The position numbers and the translations under genes were made by a program. From NCBI GenBank assembly GCA_036002955.1, contig DASYSX010000039.1:1-38001 (forward strand): DNA of 38,001 nt. The letters are read 5' to 3'. The first letter of the stretch is position 1; each line of letters begins with the position of its first letter. This document shows positions 26,852 through 32,288 of this stretch, one piece after another. Under the pieces are notes generated by a model, which was not told the DNA's origin, searched no databases, and saw only the letters and a list, made by a program, of their open reading frames with translations. Source of the stretch: Candidatus Udaeobacter sp. Its GTDB lineage: Bacteria; Verrucomicrobiota; Verrucomicrobiia; Chthoniobacterales; UBA10450.

Positions 26852-26908
26852 GCCCGTCGCTGTATTAACGGCCCCGAATTTCTTCGGGGTCACAACCCTA
26901 ACTTCAAC

Positions 26909-26945
26909 CCGGGAGGAGAAATTTATTTCCCTCCCGGTTTTTTTT
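26909..26945 (+). terminator. Rho-independent terminator
   Basis: ccgggagg(a)gaaa-ttta-tttc-cctcccgg forms an 8-bp GC stem, extended by 4 bp with one bulge, followed directly by T8 (26938-26945). Confidence 0.8.
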
Positions 26946-26954
26946 CTACGCGCT

Positions 26955-27047
26955 GTCATTCCGAGCAAAGTCGAGGAACCGCGCGGCAAAACTTTTAACG
27001 GTACTCCGCGGGATCCTTCGACTCCGCTTCGCTTCGCTCAGGATGAC
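26955..27047. repeat. GTCATTCCGAGC...GCTCAGGATGAC palindromic element, copy C
   Basis: gtcattccgagcaaagtcgaggaacc...gggatccttcgactccgcttcgcttcgctcaggatgac, immediately after the terminator at 26909-26945 and upstream of the IMPase gene. Confidence 0.75.
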
Positions 27048-27101
27048 AAATCGGTTTTCAATCGTGCACTTTGTATTCTTTGTGCGACGTAATCCTTCCC
27101 G

Positions 27102-27848
27102 ATGAAGCATTATCTCGATGCAGCGGAGAACGCCGCCCGCGCTGCCGGCAAATTATTGCGCGAAAATTTTCAGCGCCAGCTGCGAGTTAAGTCGATGGCG
27201 GCGCACGACATCAAATTGGAGATCGATGTTCAGGCGCAGGAGTTAATTGGCAAATTGCTTCTCGATGAATTTCCCGCGCACGCGCTTTACGGGGAAGAAG
27301 GGATCGGAGGAGATCAATCCAGCGATCATCAATGGATTGTCGATCCGCTGGATGGAACGGTGAATTATTTCTACGGCATTCCTCATTTTTGCGTTTCCAT
27401 TGCGCTGCGCCTGCACAAGAAACTCGTCGTTGGCGTGATTTACGACCCGATTCGCAATGAGATGTGGACTGGACAACGAGACCAGGTTTCGACACTGAAC
27501 GGAACTCCGATCCATGTGAGCGATCGCGCGGAGCTCGCCGAAGCCGTTATCTCGATCGGCCTCGCCAAAACCGGAGAGACCATCAACACGAATTTTCCTC
27601 TGCTTGAGCAAATGATTCATCGCGTGCGCAAATGTCGCGTGCTCGGCAGCGCGGCGCTGGACATGGCGTACGTCGCGTGCGGACGACTCGACGCATACGT
27701 TGAAACGGGAATCAGTTTGTGGGACATCGCCGCGGGTTTGCTCCTGGTTGAAAACGCCGGTGGAACTGTCGATCTTCGCCCGCGCGAGAAGATGAAAGAC
27801 AAATACAGCATCGTTGCCTCAAATGGTCTGATCGATTTGAAAATCTGA
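27102..27848 (+). CDS. Inositol monophosphatase family protein (SuhB-like)
   Basis: 248 aa. The metal-binding motifs GEE, WIVDPLDGTVNY and WDIAAG are IMPase-family signatures. Confidence 0.85.
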   Translation: MKHYLDAAENAARAAGKLLRENFQRQLRVKSMAAHDIKLEIDVQAQELIGKLLLDEFPAHALYGEEGIGGDQSSDHQWIVDPLDGTVNYFYGIPHFCVSIALRLHKKLVVGVIYDPIRNEMWTGQRDQVSTLNGTPIHVSDRAELAEAVISIGLAKTGETINTNFPLLEQMIHRVRKCRVLGSAALDMAYVACGRLDAYVETGISLWDIAAGLLLVENAGGTVDLRPREKMKDKYSIVASNGLIDLKI

Positions 27849-27850
27849 TC

Positions 27851-28011
27851 AATGACGAAGCTCGAATGACGAATTAATGACGAAGCACGAAGCCCCGGAA
27901 AAAGGGATAATCAAATGTTTGCACGCTGTAGCATCCCCTGCGTTCAGCGGACTTCGACATTCGTCATTTGGATTTCATTCGTCATTCGCCATTCGTCATT
28001 CGTCATTCGTC
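27851..28011. repeat. Long imperfect palindrome with AATGACGAA / TTCGTCATT heptamer-repeat arms
   Basis: The left arm holds three aatgacgaa units (27851-27893). The right arm holds five to six ttcgtcatt units (27952-28011). About 58 nt of unique centre separate them. It lies between the IMPase gene and ispF. Confidence 0.8.
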
Positions 28012-28013
28012 TC

Positions 28014-28553
28014 ATGATTCGCTCCGGCATCGGTTATGACATCCATCGTTTCGGCGACGGACTGAAACTGATATTAGGCGGCGTCGAGATCGCGCACGCG
28101 CGCGGACTGGAGGGACACTCAGACGCCGATGTACTCTCGCACGCGATCGCCGACGCGCTGCTCGGCGCGATCGGCGCCGGCGACATCGGTCAGCATTTTC
28201 CAAATACGGATGAATCGATTCGCGGCATCAGCAGCATGGAGATTTTGAAGCGCGTCGTCAGTTTGCTAAACGACAGAAACGCGCGGGTCATCAACGTTGA
28301 CGCAACAGTGATCGCTGAGGCGCCCAAAATCGCGCCGCATGTTCCGGCGATGCGGAAAGAAATTTCGACAGCAATCGGCGTGAGCGAATCCGACGTGAGC
28401 GTTAAAGCAACGACGAATGAAAAACTCGGAGCAATCGGACAAGGCGAAGGCATCGCCGCAATCGCCATCGCCACAGTCGAATTGGTAGGGCGCGACCGCC
28501 GGGCGCGCCGAAAAACCAAAGGACAGCCCGGCGATCCGTCCCTGCCAAGCTAA
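28014..28553 (+). CDS. ispF: 2-C-methyl-D-erythritol 2,4-cyclodiphosphate synthase with ~20-aa repeat-encoded C-terminal tail
   Basis: MIRSGIGYDIHRF...GHSDADVLSHAIADALLGA...TTNEKLGAIGQGEGIA. I chose ATG 28014 because the track extension (..SFVIRHSSFVIRL) is read from a heptamer-repeat arm. The last ~21 codons (LVGRDRRARRKTKGQPGDPSL) come from repeat 28484-28546. Confidence 0.9.
   Translation: MIRSGIGYDIHRFGDGLKLILGGVEIAHARGLEGHSDADVLSHAIADALLGAIGAGDIGQHFPNTDESIRGISSMEILKRVVSLLNDRNARVINVDATVIAEAPKIAPHVPAMRKEISTAIGVSESDVSVKATTNEKLGAIGQGEGIAAIAIATVELVGRDRRARRKTKGQPGDPSLPS
28484..28546. repeat. GGTAGGG...CCCT(G)CC mini-element, copy 2 (internal part inverted relative to copy 1)
   Basis: Sequence ggtagggcgcgaccgccgggcgcgccgaaaaaccaaaggacagcccggcgatccgtccctgcc. 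Its first half closely matches the reverse complement of copy 1 (ggtagggcgcgaccgccgcgcgcc...). It lies inside the 3' end of ispF. Confidence 0.75.
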
Positions 28554-29975
28554 ATGTCGCTGCGATTTTTTAATACCTACTCGCGCGGAGTTGAGCAGTT
28601 CGAGCCACACGATCCGACGGCGCGTCCAATCAGAATGTACACGTGCGGTCCGACCGTCTATAGCCGGGCGCACATCGGAAACTTCCGCGCTTACATCTTC
28701 GAAGATCTGCTTCAGCGGCACTTGGAACTCCGCGGCTACAAGGTGCATCGCGTGATGAACATCACGGATGTGGAGGACAAGACGATTCGTGGTGCGAGCG
28801 AAGCGGGCGTTCCGCTCCAAAAGTTCACAGAACAATTCAAAGAGGCTTTCTTCGAAGACGCCCGCACGCTGCGTATCAAACGCGCGGATGAGTACCCGGC
28901 CGCGACCGAGCAACGTTACATCGACAGAATGATCGACATGATCAGTGCGCTGATTTCAAAAGGGCTCGCTTATCAGGCCGATGACAAATCAGTTTATTTT
29001 CGCATCAACAAATTTCCGGAGTACGGGAAGCTCGCGCACTTCGATCTGACGCAGTTGCAATCGACGGGCCGCGTGAAGCATGACGAATACGACAAGGAAC
29101 ACATCGGGGATTTCGCATTGTGGAAAGCCTGGGACGAAGCAGATGGCGACGTGAAATGGGATTCGCCGTGGGGACCGGGTCGTCCCGGCTGGCACATTGA
29201 GTGTAGCGCAATGTCCACGGCGTTGCTGGGCGATCAGATCGATATCCACTGCGGCGGCGTCGACAATATCTTCCCGCATCATGAAGCCGAGATTGCGCAG
29301 AGCGAAGGCGTGACCGGAAAGAAGTTCGTGAATTACTGGCTGCACTGCGCGCATCTGCTGGTAGACGGCCAGAAAATGGCAAAGTCGTTAGGCAATTTTT
29401 ATACCGTGCCTGATGTTCTGGCTAAGGGTTACACCGGACGCGAGCTCCGTTATGCGCTTTTACGTGTGCACTATCGCGTGCCCCTGAATTTCACCTGGGA
29501 AGGAATGAATGAAGCCCGCGAGTCGTTAGCCAGGATTGACGAGTGGTTGGCGCGGCTAACACAATTGGTAGGGACGCCGCGCCGCGGCGTCCGGTCGGCA
29601 CAGCGCGCCGACCCTACCTCACATTTTGAAGACGCACTGGATGACGATCTCAACATTTCTGCTGCACTCGGTTTTCTATTCGAATCGATCCGCGAAACCA
29701 ATCGCACGATGGATCAAAATGAGATGGACGCGGCTGTCGCAAGTGCATGGCTGGATTGGTGGAACCGGATCAACACCATTCTTGACCTCGAAGCTTCGGT
29801 TGACGTCGCCATTCCGGAGGAAGTGGCACAACTGGCAGAACAACGCGAGGAGGCACGGCGCGAGAAGAACTGGAAACGTAGCGACGAATTGCGCGAGCAG
29901 ATCTCTGCCCTCGGTTGGGAAGTGCGTGACACGAAGGATGGCCCAAAGCTCACCCGCGCCGCTGTATCTGCCTAG
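28554..29975 (+). CDS. cysS: Cysteine--tRNA ligase
   Basis: 473 aa. HIGN motif (AHIGNFR), WHIECS zinc context, KMSKS variant KMAKSLGN, and the anticodon-domain segment DDDLNISAALG. The start ATG directly follows the ispF TAA. Confidence 0.95.
   Translation: MSLRFFNTYSRGVEQFEPHDPTARPIRMYTCGPTVYSRAHIGNFRAYIFEDLLQRHLELRGYKVHRVMNITDVEDKTIRGASEAGVPLQKFTEQFKEAFFEDARTLRIKRADEYPAATEQRYIDRMIDMISALISKGLAYQADDKSVYFRINKFPEYGKLAHFDLTQLQSTGRVKHDEYDKEHIGDFALWKAWDEADGDVKWDSPWGPGRPGWHIECSAMSTALLGDQIDIHCGGVDNIFPHHEAEIAQSEGVTGKKFVNYWLHCAHLLVDGQKMAKSLGNFYTVPDVLAKGYTGRELRYALLRVHYRVPLNFTWEGMNEARESLARIDEWLARLTQLVGTPRRGVRSAQRADPTSHFEDALDDDLNISAALGFLFESIRETNRTMDQNEMDAAVASAWLDWWNRINTILDLEASVDVAIPEEVAQLAEQREEARREKNWKRSDELREQISALGWEVRDTKDGPKLTRAAVSA
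29567..29618. repeat. GGTAGGG...CCCTACC mini-element, copy 3, in frame inside cysS
   Basis: Sequence ggtagggacgccgcgccgcggcgtccggtcggcacagcgcgccgaccctacc. Outer termini ggtaggg/ccctacc, a perfect 9-bp-arm hairpin gacgccgcg-c-cgcggcgtc, and a second hairpin ggtcggc-acagcgc-gccgacc. Confidence 0.8.
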
Positions 29976-29987
29976 TATATTTTGCGT

Positions 29988-30599
29988 TCATTGCTCTTCG
30001 AACGCGTAATCAAATTGCTCGATCTCGGCGGCGAAGCGGGTGCGTACCAATTCGCGAAGTTCACCATCGTAATATTTCGAATAATGCTCGCGATTTGAGC
30101 GGTTGTATTGCGGCAGGGCGGGCGCCGAAATACCGATCGCCGCGCACACAGCACGAAAGTCCCCGGCGAGCTTTTCAAACCGCATGATGTAATCAACATT
30201 GGCGAACGGGTCCTCTTCGCCTCCGTCCAGTCGCAAATAGTCCGGCACCGACACAGCTTTGGAAATCATCTCGCGGAATTTTTTCCTGTTCCAAGTTTCG
30301 GGAGTTTGCGTGGGCGTGAAATAATACGACACCATTCGATCCCACGGGTTTCGCACACAGGTGAACTTATAGAGCTCGCGAAATTGCTCGTGCCCCAAGG
30401 CATCGTGATACTCGCTCAGCGTCGAGTGTTTCTTGATTTCATACTTTGGATTGCGCAATCCGAAGCGCTCAATCCCGTCCTGCTCCTTTCGCAGAGCCAC
30501 GAGTTGATCCTCCGAGTAATCGCGCAAGACGCTCTGAATCGAGTTACCAGCTGTCTTTGGGATGTGAACGAACAAGAAACGTTTCTGCAGCGAGATCAT
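29988..30599 (-). CDS. Sulfotransferase family protein (PAPS-dependent, family-2 type)
   Basis: 203 aa. 5'-PSB loop FVHIPKTAGNSI and 3'-PB segment VRNPWDRMVSYY. Confidence 0.7.
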   Translation of the reverse strand: MISLQKRFLFVHIPKTAGNSIQSVLRDYSEDQLVALRKEQDGIERFGLRNPKYEIKKHSTLSEYHDALGHEQFRELYKFTCVRNPWDRMVSYYFTPTQTPETWNRKKFREMISKAVSVPDYLRLDGGEEDPFANVDYIMRFEKLAGDFRAVCAAIGISAPALPQYNRSNREHYSKYYDGELRELVRTRFAAEIEQFDYAFEEQ

Positions 30600-30633
30600 T
30601 CCTACACTCAGTCTAACTCTTATTGCTTATGCC

Positions 30634-30661
30634 TTGCCACTAACCAGCCCGTTACTATACT
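30634..30661 (+). promoter_or_regulatory. Candidate sigma-70-type promoter TTGCCA-N16-TATACT upstream of the ECF sigma gene
   Basis: TTGCCA at 30634-30639, a 16-nt spacer, then TATACT at 30656-30661. The first in-frame start downstream is GTG 30673, only ~4-6 nt after the predicted TSS. Pattern match only. Confidence 0.35.
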
Positions 30662-30672
30662 GTCGTTCTGAC

Positions 30673-31443
30673 GTGAATACATCGCCGGTCCCCCCTCGCG
30701 GCGAGGCGGAAAGTCGGTATGAATCATTCGCCTCGACTCGTTGGTCAATAGTTCTCGAAGCGGGCAATTCGGCGACCGTTTCCGTTCACGCCTTCAATGC
30801 GCTGTCGGAACTATGCCAAATTTATTGGCGGCCGCTCTATTCCTTTTTACGCAGGCAAGGATGTGGCGCAGAGGATGCCCGCGATTTGATCCAGGGCTTT
30901 TTCGCTGACTTGATTGAAACTCGTGCATACGTCCGCGCTGATCGCGAAAAGGGAAGATTCCGTTCGTTCCTCCTCGGAACACTGAAACATTTTGCCGCCG
31001 ATGTGCACGATCGTGGACGCGCATTGAAACGCGGCGGCGGGATGATTCTTGCGAACCTGGACGATAAAGCTACTGCGGAGGCGGAGGCGCAAATTGCTCG
31101 AGAAACAAAATGGCAGCCGGAGGAGGTTTATGACCGTGAGTGGGCAGCCTTGCTTTTGCGGCAGGCTTTGGATCGGCTCACGGAGGAGTGCGCTCTCGCG
31201 GGCAAAGCAGATCTGCTTACCCATTTGATGCCCTATCTTTCAGCCACCGAAGAATCGGCGATCCCGTACGAACAGATGGCACAACGAACGCATCGGCCAG
31301 TCGCGACACTGCGCAGTGATGTTGCTCGATTGCGCAAACGCTATCGAGCGATTCTACGTGAAGTCGTGCGCGATACAGTCTTCGAAGCCGAAGACGTGGA
31401 TGAAGAACTAAGATATCTGTGCCGGGTCTTAGCCGCTCGCTAG
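30673..31443 (+). CDS. ECF-type sigma-70 family RNA polymerase sigma factor (Ser/Thr-kinase-associated type)
   Basis: TRWSIVLEAG...ALSELCQIYWRPLYSFLRRQGCGAEDARDLIQGFFADLIE (region 2), KGRFRSFLLGTLKHFAADV...KRGGG, and a C-terminal region-4-like HTH (IPYEQMAQRTHRPVATLRSDVARLRKRY). The track start TTG 30634 coincides with the putative -35 hexamer, so GTG 30673 is given here. The start remains uncertain. Confidence 0.75.
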   Translation: MNTSPVPPRGEAESRYESFASTRWSIVLEAGNSATVSVHAFNALSELCQIYWRPLYSFLRRQGCGAEDARDLIQGFFADLIETRAYVRADREKGRFRSFLLGTLKHFAADVHDRGRALKRGGGMILANLDDKATAEAEAQIARETKWQPEEVYDREWAALLLRQALDRLTEECALAGKADLLTHLMPYLSATEESAIPYEQMAQRTHRPVATLRSDVARLRKRYRAILREVVRDTVFEAEDVDEELRYLCRVLAAR

Positions 31444-31615
31444 CTGAGCGATCACCTTTCTTACACTCTAGCTTCCATTCGGAAGTGAGAATAGGGAAGC
31501 ACTTTCCTTATACTGCCGCGGCTTCTTTTGAAAATTTCCTGCAACATCGCGTCGGATCTCCCGAAGTACGTCAGTAGAAACCAAAATCAGAAACCAATGA
31601 AAGGAAATTTGAGTT

Positions 31616-31783
31616 ATGAAAACTTTTCTTGTTTACGATCTGGATACGGGATTACCGATTGCAGTTGGCGAAGCGATCAAGGCGGAGTGGGCACGCGTTG
31701 AAACTGCAGAGGAAACAGACATGCGCGCCGAAAATTTGATCGCAGAGGAAATCAGCCTGGGAAAGGAGTGTGAACTTCAATGA
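31616..31783 (+). CDS. Candidate small acidic protein (55 aa)
   Basis: Hand-translated: MKTFLVYDLDTGLPIAVGEAIKAEWARVETAEETDMRAENLIAEEISLGKECELQ. AAGGAA lies 9 nt upstream, and the stop TGA overlaps the next ATG (ATGA at 31780-31783). Below the track length cut-off, with no homology evidence. Confidence 0.35.
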   Translation: MKTFLVYDLDTGLPIAVGEAIKAEWARVETAEETDMRAENLIAEEISLGKECELQ

Positions 31784-31971
31784 AACCGAGGCGTGCAGCA
31801 ATGGCCATACTCATTGCACTTGCGTTTGTATCGCAAGCATCTGCGGTGTTACGACCGCTGTTTCCAATCAAACCCTCCGCACCATTTAATGGTGAACTTA
31901 TTGTCATAGGAGACGAGTTGGCACGATCCGCAAAAAAGCCTTCGATGGATCACCCGGTTCAGGCCCAGTAG
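31780..31971 (+). CDS. Candidate small secreted or membrane-anchored protein (63 aa)
   Basis: Track ORF MKPRRAAMAILIALAFVSQASAVLRPLF... has an n-region KPRR, a hydrophobic core and an AxA-like site (SQASA), so it looks like a signal peptide. AAGGAG at 31763-31768 lies 11 nt upstream. It is translationally coupled to the preceding ORF. Confidence 0.45.
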   Translation: MKPRRAAMAILIALAFVSQASAVLRPLFPIKPSAPFNGELIVIGDELARSAKKPSMDHPVQAQ

Positions 31972-32003
31972 GGAGTGCCTGGATAGGAGCTATTGCCTTT
32001 GTC

Positions 32004-32168
32004 ATGACGGCTGTGCCTTGCGTTACCGACCTGTTGCAAAGACATCCGCGCGGATCAAACGCGGGATTTATGGAAACATATAAGCCGAGGAGCGATATCG
32101 TCGGAGACTTAGACCGTTTCGGCGTCGCCAGCCTTTACTCTCGACATAGGGGGGCAGCAGGCTTATGA
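32004..32168 (+). CDS. Candidate small basic ORF (54 aa), weak
   Basis: Hand-translated: MTAVPCVTDLLQRHPRGSNAGFMETYKPRSDIVGDLDRFGVASLYSRHRGAAGL. TAGGAG lies 14 nt upstream, and its stop overlaps the next ATG (ATGA at 32165-32168). The composition is not convincingly protein-like. Confidence 0.2.
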   Translation: MTAVPCVTDLLQRHPRGSNAGFMETYKPRSDIVGDLDRFGVASLYSRHRGAAGL

Positions 32169-32278
32169 AAGATGTTGTCGTTAGACAACTCCACATGTCC
32201 CCCGAGGCGCTAGAAGAGATTGAGCGCAAGATCGGGCAATCGTTGCCTCGGTCCGGTCTAGTTAAGCTGGTAACTTAG
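32165..32278 (+). CDS. Candidate 37-aa ORF with ribbon-helix-helix-like pattern
   Basis: Hand-translated: MKDVVVRQLHMSPEALEEIERKIGQSLPRSGLVKLVT. AGGGGGG at 32148-32154 lies 10 nt upstream, and it ends 10 nt before the kinase ATG. A beta-strand, helix and turn pattern is suggestive only. Confidence 0.3.
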   Translation: MKDVVVRQLHMSPEALEEIERKIGQSLPRSGLVKLVT

Positions 32279-32288
32279 GCCAAACAAA

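Noticed and set aside
26798-26945. Idea that the Lys-rich micro-ORF plus two hairpins is a lysine-sensing leader-peptide attenuator
   Set aside because: I could not draw alternative anti-terminator pairing between the two hairpins. The next gene downstream (an IMPase, beyond a repeat element) has no link to lysine metabolism. It is kept as a micro-ORF observation only.
26753-26989. 78-aa minus-strand ORF over the micro-ORF/terminator region
   Set aside because: It starts in a repeat element, runs through the terminator hairpin and the complement of the A-rich tract (FFLCCFFLC), and has no protein-like features.
27915-28013. N-terminal extension of ispF (..TFVIWISFVIRHSSFVIRL)
   Set aside because: It is a read-through of the TTCGTCA heptamer-repeat arm. 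The canonical IspF N-terminus MIRSGIGYDIHRF starts at ATG 28014.
28266-28913. 215-aa minus-strand ORF across the ispF/cysS junction
   Set aside because: It is antisense to two genes with unmistakable motifs and shows no recognisable domain pattern, so it is a GC-rich shadow frame.
6510-29618. Whether the dispersed repeats constitute a CRISPR array
   Set aside because: The copies are kilobases apart, in both orientations, internally palindromic and not separated by uniform spacers, and no cas genes are present.
31597-31701. Alternative 34-aa ORF (MKGNLSYENFSCLRSGYGITDCSWRSDQGGVGTR) overlapping the 55-aa ORF
   Set aside because: It is out of frame with the ATGA-coupled chain, has no SD, and has an implausible composition.
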